A DNA stretch of 64,000 nt from Candidatus Zambryskibacteria bacterium RIFCSPHIGHO2_01_FULL_43_25 (GTDB lineage Bacteria; Patescibacteriota; Minisyncoccia; Phycocordibacterales; Zambryskibacteraceae): assembly GCA_001823695.1 (NCBI GenBank), contig MHVD01000002.1, forward strand, positions 15,215 to 79,214. Reading direction: 5' to 3'. The notes beneath the pieces were generated by a model that was not told the DNA's origin, ran no database searches, and was given only the letters and a program-made list of their open reading frames with translations. Shown here piece after piece: positions 8,477-18,347 of the stretch. Position 1 is the first letter of the stretch. Each line of letters opens with the position of its first letter. The position numbers and the translations under genes are program-made.

Positions 8477-9354
8477 TGGACAATCTGGACGACGACAAAA
8501 TAAAATTTCTTGAACAAAAAGCCAATCTCATCCGCCAGACTATAATTGAAGCTCTAATTGAAGCAAAAAGCGGCCACACGGCGGGACCTTTGGGCATGGC
8601 TGATATTTTCACTTTGCTTTTTTTTCATGTTCTCCGCCACGACCCCCAAAATCCTTTATGGGAAGACAGGGACAGACTAGTGCTCTCCAACGGGCACATA
8701 TGTCCGGTGCTATACGCTACTATGGCTTATGCGGGATACGTATCCGTAGACGAATTTAAACAGACGCTAAGAAAATTCGGAACTAAATTTCAAGGGCATC
8801 CTCACCGAGAATTTTTTCCAGCGTTAGAAAACAGTTCAGGCCCTTTGGGTTCCGGACTCTCACAGACTGTTGGTATGGCTCTCGCTGACAGGATGGATAG
8901 CGGCAGATCTTCGCAGAGATTCTTCTTCTGTCTAATGAGCGACGGAGAGATGAATGCTGGCAATACCTGGGAGGGGGCAATGCTTGCCGGAAAGGAAAAA
9001 CTTCACAACATCATTGCCGTCGCGGACAGAAATAATATCCAGATAGACGGCTTTACAGAAGACATAATGCCACTTGAACCTCTAGCTGACAAATGGCGCG
9101 CCTGGAACTGGCATGTTATAGAAGCCAACGGGCATGACTTTGAAGATATGAATAATGCAATACATGAAGCAAAAGCGGTATTTGAAAAACCGAGCATGAT
9201 TATCGCTCATACAATTCCGGGCAAGGGAGTTGCTGAATTTGAAAGGAAATTTGAATGGCATGGCAAACCGCCAAACAAAGAAGAGGGGGAGAGGGCACTC
9301 AAAGAACTTCGCAGTTTGGGAGGGAAGATAAAGGGAGGATATCATCAGGATTAG
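8476..9354 (+). CDS. Transketolase, N-terminal (TPP-binding) subunit
   Basis: GHTAGPLGMADIF...LSNGH...GPLGSGLSQTVGMA are split-transketolase N-subunit motifs. Confidence 0.85.
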   Translation: MDNLDDDKIKFLEQKANLIRQTIIEALIEAKSGHTAGPLGMADIFTLLFFHVLRHDPQNPLWEDRDRLVLSNGHICPVLYATMAYAGYVSVDEFKQTLRKFGTKFQGHPHREFFPALENSSGPLGSGLSQTVGMALADRMDSGRSSQRFFFCLMSDGEMNAGNTWEGAMLAGKEKLHNIIAVADRNNIQIDGFTEDIMPLEPLADKWRAWNWHVIEANGHDFEDMNNAIHEAKAVFEKPSMIIAHTIPGKGVAEFERKFEWHGKPPNKEEGERALKELRSLGGKIKGGYHQD

Positions 9355-9397
9355 AACAAAAAATTTCTAATTGATCTAATTTCTAAAAAATAAAACC

Positions 9398-10390
9398 ATG
9401 TTAAATTCTGAAGCTAAATTAAATCCTAAAGTTTTTGATCTTGATGTAGAACAAGTGCCAATCCGAAAAGGATTTGGCGAAGGTTTGCTTGCCGCTGGGG
9501 AAATTGACGAGCGGGTTGTCGGACTTTGCGCGGACCTCACAGAATCCACCCAGATGCATCTTTTCAAAAACCGCTTCCCCAATCGCTTTGTTGAAATAGG
9601 CGTAGCTGAACAGAATCTGGCGACGGTTGCATCGGGTATGGCGGCTATGGGCAAGATTCCTTTCATTACATCTTATGCGACATTCTCCCCGGGCAGAAAT
9701 TGGGAACAAATAAGGACGACGATTTGTTTCAATGACAGACCGGTAAAAATTGCCGGTTCTCACGCGGGAATCTCTGTGGGGCCGGATGGCGGGACGCATC
9801 AAGCAGTTGAGGATATTGCTCTGACTAGAGTAATTCCCAATATGGTGGTGATATCTCCGTGCGACGCTATTGAAGCGAAAAAAGCGACCCTTGCTATGGC
9901 AAAAACGAAAGAACCAACATATATTCGTCTGGCTCGAGAGAAGACGCCTGTCATTACGACAGAAGCAACACCTTTTGAAATCGGCAAGGCGCAGATTTTT
10001 TATAATTGTGATGGGAAACCGGAAGTTGGAATAATCGCGACAGGAGCTCTGGTGCATAAAGCCCTTGTAGCCGCGCGCCAGCTTGAAAATGAAGGAGTAA
10101 AGGTCAAGGTTCTTAATTTGGCGACTATAAAACCAATTGATACGGAGACGATTATATCTATAGCTCGTGAATCGGGTGCGATTGTTTCCGTGGAAGAGCA
10201 TCAGGTAAATGGAGGGATGGGGTCTGCAGTTGCTGAAGTATTGGTCAAAAATTGCCCAGTGCCGCAAGAATTTATTGGTGTGCAGGACAAATTTGGACAA
10301 TCGGGCTTACCCGCCGAACTTTTAAAACATTACGGAATGGAAGTTGAGGATATAGTAAAAGCTGTAAAAGAAGTAATTAGAAGGAAGTAG
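9398..10390 (+). CDS. Transketolase, C-terminal (pyrimidine-binding) subunit
   Basis: RKGFGEGLL..., EIGVAEQNLATVASGMAA and the C-terminal domain. Confidence 0.85.
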   Translation: MLNSEAKLNPKVFDLDVEQVPIRKGFGEGLLAAGEIDERVVGLCADLTESTQMHLFKNRFPNRFVEIGVAEQNLATVASGMAAMGKIPFITSYATFSPGRNWEQIRTTICFNDRPVKIAGSHAGISVGPDGGTHQAVEDIALTRVIPNMVVISPCDAIEAKKATLAMAKTKEPTYIRLAREKTPVITTEATPFEIGKAQIFYNCDGKPEVGIIATGALVHKALVAARQLENEGVKVKVLNLATIKPIDTETIISIARESGAIVSVEEHQVNGGMGSAVAEVLVKNCPVPQEFIGVQDKFGQSGLPAELLKHYGMEVEDIVKAVKEVIRRK

Positions 10391-10394
10391 GAAA

Positions 10395-10688
10395 ATGAAA
10401 AAGATAATTTATATTTTAATTATTATTGCTATATTTGGTAGCCTGATTTTAGTCATAAATCGTAAAAATAACAACGGTATTAGTAACAACGGTATTAGTA
10501 ACAACGGTATTAGTAACAACGGTATTAGTAACAACGGTATTAGTAACAACGGTATTACAGAGGAAGAATGTAATAACCTCAGTGGGAAAATTGTTACCAT
10601 TCAAGATCAGTTAGATGGTGGAATTAGCGGAAAAGTTATTGGTAATATTAAATATAATCAAGCAGGATTGCTTTGTGTTGTTGAATGA
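10395..10688 (+). CDS. Small exported protein with (NNGIS)n tandem repeat
   Basis: N-terminal signal/TM, then NNGISNNGISNNGISNNGISNNGISNNGIT. Confidence 0.5.
   Translation: MKKIIYILIIIAIFGSLILVINRKNNNGISNNGISNNGISNNGISNNGISNNGITEEECNNLSGKIVTIQDQLDGGISGKVIGNIKYNQAGLLCVVE
10470..10557 (+). repeat. Perfect 15-bp tandem repeat (aacaacggtattagt) x ~5.9, in-frame within the CDS
   Basis: Exact copies at 10470, 10485, 10500, 10515, 10530 and a partial copy at 10545. Confidence 0.9.
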
Positions 10689-10718
10689 AACTCTATAAAT
10701 TAACCTAAAACAACGAAG

Positions 10719-11057
10719 ATGAAGAAAAAACTGGAAATAAAAGCGGGTCTTTATAAACACAGCAAAAGCGGGAAGCTGTATAGGGTCGATGAGCTCGACC
10801 GTGAGTACGAGGCCCGCAACCTCCGACCGGACCCCTACGCTGTGACCCAGGTGATGGCTGACGATCCAGCCTTCGCAGACAAGCGTCCTGTCGCTGTTCA
10901 GTGGCGTGACAAGCGTGGATGTGCTTGCTACGCGCTCTTCGACCGCGACGACGCCGGGCGTGAGGTCGGTATTGTCCGCCGCCGCGGTAGCGGTAGCAGG
11001 TGGAGTCGGAGCGTCCAGTTCGGCGGCGTTCGCCTGCCTGCGCAGGCAGGCAAGTAG
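10719..11057 (+). CDS. Chimeric small protein: AT-rich DUF1653-like N-terminus joined to a ~65% GC C-terminal segment
   Basis: N-terminus KAGLYKHSKSGKLYRV resembles the DUF1653 G-YRHYKG-LY-V motif. From ~10790 the composition switches to very GC-rich, continuing through the terminator. Confidence 0.35.
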   Translation: MKKKLEIKAGLYKHSKSGKLYRVDELDREYEARNLRPDPYAVTQVMADDPAFADKRPVAVQWRDKRGCACYALFDRDDAGREVGIVRRRGSGSRWSRSVQFGGVRLPAQAGK

Positions 11058-11111
11058 TACATGGCCACCGGTTTCTTGGGTCCTCCTAGTCCCCTGGAAC
11101 ATGGTTTCCGG

Positions 11112-11142
11112 CCCCCGCGGCTTACACAGCGCGGGGGTTTTG
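11112..11142 (+). terminator. Intrinsic terminator (GC-rich)
   Basis: cccccgcg-loop-cgcggggg followed by ttttgtat. Confidence 0.65.
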
Positions 11143-11170
11143 TATATAATAGGATTTGTCGCTCCGAAAG

Positions 11171-12154
11171 CTAAATAATTTTTGGCTTATAATCCTCGGG
11201 TGCTTCGCGCAAGTATTTTTCTATAGTTTCTTTATCTAAAAGTCCGCGCTGGGCGCCGATGTACTGAACAACCGACATTGAATTGATTGGCCCCCACATA
11301 AGTGCCTCCTCAACACTTTTGCCTAGTGCAATTGCTGCCGTAAATGTGGAAGAGAAAGCGTCTCCTGCGCCGGTTCTATCGTATGGCGGTTTTGGGTCTG
11401 GATACAGAGGCATAAAGAGCATTTTTTGTCCGTCAAAAGTATAAGCGCCTTTTCTGCCGTCAGTAATTACGGTGAGCTTCGGACCGAGTTCGTGTATTTT
11501 TTGCAAAAGCAATTTTATATCTACCTCTTCTATAATTCCAAGAATTCTTTTTGCCTCCTCTACATTGCAGAAAAATATCTCTGTTCTTTTGTAAATTTCT
11601 TTCAAATTATCCACGCCCATATTCATCTGGAAAGTTCCCGGCTGAAAGACCAATTTTGTACTGGGGTGATTTTCTAAAAAGCCGGCAATCTCTTTGTGAT
11701 AGGAGAGAGTTTTTTCTCCAAGCGAACTTAGATATATCCATCTTGGCTCATCCAAATCGGGCAGTTTGTAGTTGTATTCGTGGTGTTTCACCAAAATCGT
11801 TCTGTCGTCTTCAAACCACAATACATAATGGTAGTTCGTCTCTTTATGCTGGTGGGCTTTTATAAATTCTATTGAAACACCGTTGCGTTTAAGCGTTGCC
11901 AAACACTCCCCGCCATTATGGTCATCGCCGACGTTGGCAACAAGCGCCGAAGTTAGTCCGAGTCTTTTGGCCGCCACCGCCGCATTCGGCGAATTGCCGA
12001 CAGCGCGGACAACTTCCACAAACTCATAAGGCACCTTGTCGCCAAAAGAAAGCAGAAGTTTTCGCTTGTCGCGGCTAGTTTCGGCGGACTTTATCCGGAT
12101 GAAAGCATCTGTCGTTATATCACCGATAGCAACAAAATCGAAATGTGAACTCAT
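11171..12154 (-). CDS. PfkB-family carbohydrate kinase (ribokinase/fructokinase-like)
   Basis: FVAIGDITTD... N-terminus and DRTGAGDAFSSTF ATP-binding motif. Confidence 0.75.
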   Translation of the reverse strand: MSSHFDFVAIGDITTDAFIRIKSAETSRDKRKLLLSFGDKVPYEFVEVVRAVGNSPNAAVAAKRLGLTSALVANVGDDHNGGECLATLKRNGVSIEFIKAHQHKETNYHYVLWFEDDRTILVKHHEYNYKLPDLDEPRWIYLSSLGEKTLSYHKEIAGFLENHPSTKLVFQPGTFQMNMGVDNLKEIYKRTEIFFCNVEEAKRILGIIEEVDIKLLLQKIHELGPKLTVITDGRKGAYTFDGQKMLFMPLYPDPKPPYDRTGAGDAFSSTFTAAIALGKSVEEALMWGPINSMSVVQYIGAQRGLLDKETIEKYLREAPEDYKPKII

Positions 12155-12199
12155 AATAAAATTATACCACGCTTAAATGTCTGTGATACAATAAACTTG

Positions 12200-13069
12200 A
12201 TGGAAAAAACTCTAAGGCAATGCCTAAGTGATGCGCAGGCGGGCAATTATGCCATTGGACATTTTAACATTTCAAATATAGAGGGTTTGTGGGCGGTCGT
12301 GCATGCTGCGCAAAATACAGGCAAGTCGGTAATTGTAGGGGTTTCGGAAGGGGAAAGGGACTTTCTTGGCATCAAACAAGTGAAAGCGCTGGTTTCAAGT
12401 GTTAGAGATGAATTTCAGGTTCCAATTTTTCTCAATGCTGACCATACATATTCATTTGATAGAGTGAAAGAAGCAATAGATGCGGGGTTTGACTCGGTAA
12501 TATTTGACGGCGCAAAACTGTCTTTTGAAGAAAATCTTAAGGAAACAAAGAAATGCGTTGAATATGCCAGGTCAGTAAATCCCGAAATTTTGGTTGAAGC
12601 CGAACTCGGCTATATCGGCCAGTCTTCTAAGGTATTGGATGAAATTCCAGAAGGAGCTAGTCTGTCAGAAGAAACGTTGACCAAACCGGAGGAAGCGGAG
12701 AAGTTCGTAAAAGAAACTGGAATAGATATGCTGGCGCCGGCAGTCGGGACACTTCACGGTATACTTCGGAGCGGAGTTAATCCCGAAATCAATATAGAAA
12801 GAATCAAAGCTATAAAAAAAGCGGTTAAGGTGCCTTTGGTCTTGCATGGCGGATCCGGTAGCACTTCTAGTGATTTTGAAAAGGCAGTTGAGGCGGGGAT
12901 ATCAATAGTTCATATAAGCACGGAGATAAGAATCGCTTTTCGAGATGCTCTAAAAAAGGATTTGCAAGAGAATCCTGAAGAGGTGGCTCCGTACAAGATA
13001 ATGAAGGGCGCAGTTCAGGCGATGCAGAAAATTGTAGAGGACAGAATCCGCCTGTTTTCGGGCGAATGA
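12200..13069 (+). CDS. fba: Class II fructose/tagatose-bisphosphate aldolase
   Basis: YAIGHFNISN, LNADHT and LHGGSG motifs. ATG at 12200 chosen; the TTG at 12197 is listed as the start by the ORF track. Confidence 0.8.
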   Translation: MEKTLRQCLSDAQAGNYAIGHFNISNIEGLWAVVHAAQNTGKSVIVGVSEGERDFLGIKQVKALVSSVRDEFQVPIFLNADHTYSFDRVKEAIDAGFDSVIFDGAKLSFEENLKETKKCVEYARSVNPEILVEAELGYIGQSSKVLDEIPEGASLSEETLTKPEEAEKFVKETGIDMLAPAVGTLHGILRSGVNPEINIERIKAIKKAVKVPLVLHGGSGSTSSDFEKAVEAGISIVHISTEIRIAFRDALKKDLQENPEEVAPYKIMKGAVQAMQKIVEDRIRLFSGE

Positions 13070-13097
13070 GGTCTTTGTGTGAATTCTTGGGACATAT

Positions 13098-14756
13098 ATG
13101 GAAGCAGAATTGAAATCAATATTGAAAGGCGTGATTCTCACCGACGAGAAATCGCTTCTGAAATACAGCCGCGACGCTAGTTTGTTTGAAGTGAAGCCGT
13201 CTCTGGTTGTTTTGCCAAAGGACTCTCAAGATATAAGGGAGGTCATAAGGTATGTCTCTGCCAATAAAGAAAAAAACTCATCTCTGTCGGTGTCCGTCAG
13301 AGCCGGCGGTTCATGCATGTCCGGCGGTTCTCTTAACGAATCAATTGTTCTTGACGTATCGGCCAATATGAGCGGGATAGTATCCTTTGAGGGCAACCAT
13401 ATAACCGTGCTCCCGGGCACTCCTTATAGGGATATTGAAAAAGAAACCCTAAAACGCGGTCTGATTTTACCGTGCTTTCCAGCGTCAAAAAATCTATGCG
13501 CCATTGGCGGGATGATAGGAAACAACGCTGCCGGCGAGAAGACGCTGTCTCACGGCAAGATGGAGGATTTTATTGAAAGCCTAAATGTCATTTTGTCCGA
13601 CGGCAACGAGTATGAGTTTAGAGCTTTAAGTGGAGGCGAATTGTCAAAAAAGGAAGGTCAGGACGACCTTGAAGGCCAAATCTATCGTCAGATGCATAAA
13701 CTCATTGAGGACAACAAGGAGCTGATAGACAGAAGCAAGCCCAAAGTTTCAAAAAACTCTGCCGGATATTATTTGTGGAATGTTTACCCCGGCCACGCCC
13801 TAGAGTCTGGAGAAGAAAGAAAATTTGACCTAACCAAACTCCTTGTCGGCTCTCAAGGGACACTCGGCATAGTAACAGAGGCCACCTTGCGGCTTATACC
13901 GGTCAAGAAACAGTCAAAACTGTTTGTTATTTTCTTAAAAAATCTGGAACCGCTTTCAGAACTTGTGAACGTTATCCTGACTCTAAAGCCGGAAACTCTT
14001 GAATCTTATGACGACGCAACGCTCAAACTCGGTATGAGATTTTTCCCAGAAATGCTTAAGACGATGAAAACCAAGCATTTTTTTAAAATGGCTATGTCTT
14101 TTATTCCCGAAGGGCTGATTATGCTCTCTAGTGGAATTCCAAAACTAATGCTTCTCGTTGAATTCGTCGGGGATAACAGCCAAGAGATTGATAGTAAGAT
14201 GGATGGACTGGAGAAAATCATATCCAGATTTAACTTAAGAACGCACAGAACCAAAGACCAAGACGAGTCGGAGAAATACTGGGCAATCAGAAGAGAGAGC
14301 TTTAATCTTCTTCGCAAACACGTGAAAGGCAAGAGAACGGCGCCGTTTGTTGACGACGTGGTGATTGAACCGAAATTCTTGCCGGAATTTTTGCCTAAAA
14401 TGAGGAAAATTCTTGATGATTACAATCTCTACTACACTATTGCCGGCCACGCGGGCAACGGCAATTTTCATATAATTCCCCTGATGGATGTCAGCGATCC
14501 AAGCACGGAAAAAATAATACTTGAAGTCTCAAACAAGGTCTATGACCTGGTTGCGCAATATGGTGGCTCAATTACCGGAGAACACAATGATGGAATAGTG
14601 AGAACACCTTTTCTATCCAAAATGTACAATCCAGAAATTCTCGGCTTATTCTCCCAAACTAAGCGCATTTTTGACCCAAAAAATATATTTAACCCGGGCA
14701 AAAAAGTTAACGGATCAATAGATTATCTAAAAAAACACCTGATAAAAACTCTTTAA
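13098..14756 (+). CDS. FAD-linked oxidase (GlcD / D-lactate dehydrogenase-like, FAD_binding_4 + C-terminal oxidase domain)
   Basis: RAGGSCMSGGS... and AIGGMIGNNAAGEKTLSHG FAD-binding PCMH-type motifs. C-terminal ...AGHAGNGNFHIIP. Confidence 0.7.
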   Translation: MEAELKSILKGVILTDEKSLLKYSRDASLFEVKPSLVVLPKDSQDIREVIRYVSANKEKNSSLSVSVRAGGSCMSGGSLNESIVLDVSANMSGIVSFEGNHITVLPGTPYRDIEKETLKRGLILPCFPASKNLCAIGGMIGNNAAGEKTLSHGKMEDFIESLNVILSDGNEYEFRALSGGELSKKEGQDDLEGQIYRQMHKLIEDNKELIDRSKPKVSKNSAGYYLWNVYPGHALESGEERKFDLTKLLVGSQGTLGIVTEATLRLIPVKKQSKLFVIFLKNLEPLSELVNVILTLKPETLESYDDATLKLGMRFFPEMLKTMKTKHFFKMAMSFIPEGLIMLSSGIPKLMLLVEFVGDNSQEIDSKMDGLEKIISRFNLRTHRTKDQDESEKYWAIRRESFNLLRKHVKGKRTAPFVDDVVIEPKFLPEFLPKMRKILDDYNLYYTIAGHAGNGNFHIIPLMDVSDPSTEKIILEVSNKVYDLVAQYGGSITGEHNDGIVRTPFLSKMYNPEILGLFSQTKRIFDPKNIFNPGKKVNGSIDYLKKHLIKTL

Positions 14757-14798
14757 CGGTGATTGTGTTTTTAATAATAGTCGGTATAATACTCCCGT

Positions 14799-15464
14799 AT
14801 GTTTTCTATTGAAGTAAAAGACAGGGACGGAGGAGTCTCTTTGGACAAGCTTCGTCAGGAGGGGTTCTTGCCGGCTGTTTTCTATGGCAGGAAAGAAGCA
14901 TCCACGCCGATAACTATTCTCCTGAAAGATTTTCAAAAAGTCTGGCTTGCGGCTGGTGAATCATCCGTGGTAAGTCTGAAAAGGAGTGGAGGGGCGACTT
15001 TGGACGCTATCATACAGGATGTTGATATTGATCCGGTAACCGAATTGCCGAGACATGCGGACTTCTACGTGTTTGACAAGGACAAGAAGATTGAAGTTGA
15101 GATTTCTCTGAATTTCGTCGGCATAGCGCCGGCGGTGAAAGAACAAGGAGGCATTTTGGTTAAGGTTTTATATGAATTGAAAATTGAAGCCTTGCCGAAG
15201 GACCTGCCTCAAGAAATTGCGGTTGATGTATCAAAGCTAATTGAAATTGGGAGCCGTATATCTGCAAAAGATATTGAATTACCACCCGGGGTTTCTCTGC
15301 TCGAAAATCCAGAAGAAATAATCGCATCAGTATCTGCACCGAAGGAGGAGGAAGAAAAACCAGCCGAGCCGGTTGATATATCTTCTATAGAGGTGGAAAA
15401 GAAGGGCAAGGAAAAGGAGGGAGAAGAGGCAGAAGTTGTCACTGAAGAAAAAAAGGCGGAATAA
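14799..15464 (+). CDS. rplY: 50S ribosomal protein L25 / general stress protein Ctc form
   Basis: Typical L25 fold sequence with an acidic/lysine-rich C-terminal extension. TATAAT ends ~10 nt before the ATG. Confidence 0.75.
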   Translation: MFSIEVKDRDGGVSLDKLRQEGFLPAVFYGRKEASTPITILLKDFQKVWLAAGESSVVSLKRSGGATLDAIIQDVDIDPVTELPRHADFYVFDKDKKIEVEISLNFVGIAPAVKEQGGILVKVLYELKIEALPKDLPQEIAVDVSKLIEIGSRISAKDIELPPGVSLLENPEEIIASVSAPKEEEEKPAEPVDISSIEVEKKGKEKEGEEAEVVTEEKKAE

Positions 15465-15550
15465 TTTCCGCCTTTGTTCGTCTTATATACGGCCTAAGAG
15501 CCGTTTTTTTAATGGCTAATTTGGGTTAGAATGTAGCTACTGAATCTCTT

Positions 15551-16936
15551 ATGAATGTCTTTAAATTTTTCAATTTTTTCATCTTTGCTCTGATTGTCTC
15601 CTTTGCTTTCGGCCAGGCGAATTTTTCTTACGCCCTTACGGAAAGGGAAATTGCAGAACAAGAGGCGAAACTTCAAGCTGAATACGACGAACTCCAAAAA
15701 GATATACAAAAATGGGAAGGCATTTTATCCGAAACCAAAAAAAAGGCCAACACAATTGAGGGGGATATAACGATACTTAACGCCAAGATAAAAGAAGCCG
15801 AGGCCACCATAAAGGCGAAAAATATCGCCATAAATCAATTGTCAAAAGAAATAGGCAATAAGACTCAAACGATAGAGGATCTTGAGACAAGGATTGAAAA
15901 AGGGCGGGAATCACTGGCGGAGCTTATACGTAAAACAGATGAGATTGACACATATTCCATTGCGGAAATTGTCTTAGCCGGTCAGGATTTGTCCGATTTT
16001 CTGGGTGATCTGGATTCTTTTGCGTCTATCAAACGGTCTCTGAAAGAGCGTTTTTTTGAGATCAGAGAAGTCAAAGCGGCCACTGAAGAAGAGAAGAAAC
16101 AGCTTGATTTGAAGAAAAATCAGGAGATTGACGCAAAATATGTTGTAGAAACCAGGAAGCAAACCGTTGCCAAGAGTGAAGCGGAGAAGAAACAGCTCCT
16201 TACCATCACAAAACAGGAAGAGAAAGCCTACCAAGCAGTCTTGGCAGAACGCCAGAGAAAGGCGGCACAGATAAGAGCTGCTTTGTTTAACCTGCGTGAC
16301 ACGGAAGGCATTCCGTTCGGAGAAGCCCTTGAATATGCCAACGTTGCCGGCCAGAAGGCAGGGATCAGGCCAGCTTTGATTTTGGCGATTCTTACCCAAG
16401 AATCTGATCTGGGCAAAAATCAAGGGTCTTGTCTTATGACTGATTCGACAACTGGAGATGGTGTGGGCACAAATACCGGGACTTTTTTTGAGAAAGTTAT
16501 GAAAGCTCCTCGGGATACTGCGCCGTTTTTGGCTATAACCGACCGACTCGGACGAAACTGGAAGAATACTCCCGTTTCTTGTCCGCCAGGTTATACCTGG
16601 TCGCCGAGCAGGGGATATGGCGGCGGCATGGGACCTTCCCAATTTATTCCTTCTACTTGGGAGTTGTTTAAGGTCAGGATTGCCGGTATGTTCAATATCT
16701 TTGCCGACCAGGCCAATCCTTGGGATCCCCAACACGCTATTATGGCAACAGCAATCTACCTTTCGGACCTCGGGGCTGTGAGCGGCAGTTTTACTTCGGA
16801 GAGAAATGCAGCTTGTCGGTACTATTCTGGCAGGAGCTGTGACAGCAAAAGACCTGCCAACTCATTCTATGGTGATCAAGTTATGACAAAAGTGCAGGGA
16901 ATTCAGGACAATATAGACTTTTTGCAGAGTGTTTAG
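15551..16936 (+). CDS. Secreted coiled-coil protein with C-terminal lytic transglycosylase (SLT/lysozyme-like) domain
   Basis: Signal peptide, ~230 aa heptad-rich region, then ILTQESDLG (catalytic Glu) and GPSQFIPSTW motifs. Confidence 0.55.
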   Translation: MNVFKFFNFFIFALIVSFAFGQANFSYALTEREIAEQEAKLQAEYDELQKDIQKWEGILSETKKKANTIEGDITILNAKIKEAEATIKAKNIAINQLSKEIGNKTQTIEDLETRIEKGRESLAELIRKTDEIDTYSIAEIVLAGQDLSDFLGDLDSFASIKRSLKERFFEIREVKAATEEEKKQLDLKKNQEIDAKYVVETRKQTVAKSEAEKKQLLTITKQEEKAYQAVLAERQRKAAQIRAALFNLRDTEGIPFGEALEYANVAGQKAGIRPALILAILTQESDLGKNQGSCLMTDSTTGDGVGTNTGTFFEKVMKAPRDTAPFLAITDRLGRNWKNTPVSCPPGYTWSPSRGYGGGMGPSQFIPSTWELFKVRIAGMFNIFADQANPWDPQHAIMATAIYLSDLGAVSGSFTSERNAACRYYSGRSCDSKRPANSFYGDQVMTKVQGIQDNIDFLQSV

Positions 16937-16999
16937 ATCGGTAAACTATTAATGGTCCGTATTGCGCTAGTTTAATCTTTCTGTTATATTCATCAGGCG

Positions 17000-17239
17000 A
17001 TGAAAAAGGATTTACACCCTAAATATTTTGAAAAAGCCCAAGTCGTCTGCGCCTGCGGGAACACCTTTACTGTTGGTTCTACGAAGGAAAAACTGGAGGT
17101 TGAAATCTGTAGCTCTTGCCATCCTTTCTATACCGGAACTGAAAAAATTATTGATACTGCCGGCAGAGTAGAGAAATTTAAGACCAGACAGGCAACTGCG
17201 GCCAAAGGCAAAAAACTCGCCAACAAAAGAAAAAACTAA
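17000..17239 (+). CDS. rpmE: 50S ribosomal protein L31
   Basis: MKKDLHPKY...CACGNTF...[10 protein letters not shown]...DTAGRVEKF. Confidence 0.9.
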   Translation: MKKDLHPKYFEKAQVVCACGNTFTVGSTKEKLEVEICSSCHPFYTGTEKIIDTAGRVEKFKTRQATAAKGKKLANKRKN

Positions 17240-17330
17240 CAATTTACAGCAAGCATACAATTTTTTAGTTGTTGTATGTCTATTCTGATTACGGTGGTAG
17301 GTTGTAAGTAGTTGGTTGTTGGCCAATTTT

Positions 17331-18311
17331 ATGGATCTGGAAAAATACAGAAACAATTCAAAAACCAGTTTTCTGGTTCAATCGTATGAAAAGCTTTTAA
17401 AAGATGAAGCTGAACTTGAGTTGCTTTTAAAGGACGACCAATCTCTCTCTCCGCTCGCCGGTGATGAGCTGAAAATCATAAATAAACGCAAAGAAACCAT
17501 TATTAAACAAATGGACGCTATTTTGGCCGAAGAAAAATCAGAAGAATCCACCGGCTGGCAGGCCAATGAAATAATACTTGAGGTCAGGGCTGGTGCCGGA
17601 GGAGAAGAAGCAGCTTTGTTTGCGGAGAATTTGGCGGATATGTATCACGGATATGCTTCAATGAGGGACTGGTCTTTTATGCCTGTCTATGAATCAAAAA
17701 GCGCTCTTGCGGGCTACAAAGAGGCGGCTTTTGAGATAAAGGGCAAAGGTGTTTTCAAAGAACTTCGTTTTGAAACCGGAGTTCACAGGATTCAGCGGGT
17801 GCCAGAAACGGAGAAAACAGGCCGAGTGCATACTTCAACCGCTTCAGTGGCTATTTTGCCGATGAGAAAAAAAGAGAAGTCAGAAATAAATCCAGCTGAC
17901 TTGGAAGTTGAATTTTCTCGAGCTGGCGGAAAAGGCGGGCAGAATGTCAACAAGGTAGAAACGGCCGTTCGCATTGTACATAAACCCACCGGCATTGACG
18001 TCAGGTCTACCGCGGAGCGTAGCCAGTCTAAAAATCGGGAGAGAGCAATGTCCATTCTTACGGCCAAACTAGCCGCTCTTAAGGAAGAAGAAGACCATAA
18101 AAAAGAATCTGCGCATAGGAAAAAACAAATCGGCACGGGCGACAGATCAGAAAAGATCCGCACTTACAATGTGCTTCAAGACAGAGTGACTGACCACAGG
18201 ATAAAAAAAACGTGGCATAACATACCTCTAATTTTTTCGGGCAACCTTTCATCTATTATTGAAGCTTTAAACCAGGCCTCCGAAGATCTGGAGTCGGGGG
18301 TTGCAGAATAA
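17331..18311 (+). CDS. prfA: Peptide chain release factor 1
   Basis: GGQ motif ([11 protein letters not shown]) and [14 protein letters not shown] (P-x-T tripeptide type, RF1-like rather than the SPF of RF2). ATG at 17331 chosen; the TTG at 17316 is listed as the start by the ORF track. Confidence 0.8.
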   Translation: MDLEKYRNNSKTSFLVQSYEKLLKDEAELELLLKDDQSLSPLAGDELKIINKRKETIIKQMDAILAEEKSEESTGWQANEIILEVRAGAGGEEAALFAENLADMYHGYASMRDWSFMPVYESKSALAGYKEAAFEIKGKGVFKELRFETGVHRIQRVPETEKTGRVHTSTASVAILPMRKKEKSEINPADLEVEFSRAGGKGGQNVNKVETAVRIVHKPTGIDVRSTAERSQSKNRERAMSILTAKLAALKEEEDHKKESAHRKKQIGTGDRSEKIRTYNVLQDRVTDHRIKKTWHNIPLIFSGNLSSIIEALNQASEDLESGVAE

Positions 18312-18347
18312 CTCTATCTTTGTTAGTATTTTGAGCGCTTTTGTTTT

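Noticed and set aside
9419-10300. 293-aa minus-strand ORF inside transketolase C-subunit
   Set aside because: Entirely antisense to a strongly supported conserved gene, and the translation is low-complexity.
10470-10557. Possible CRISPR array (regular direct repeats)
   Set aside because: Repeats are contiguous 15-mers with no spacers, in-frame inside a CDS. No cas genes or CRISPR leader in the window.
10611-11102. 163-aa minus-strand ORF
   Set aside because: Antisense to the GC-rich chimeric gene. It has no start context and looks like a composition artefact.
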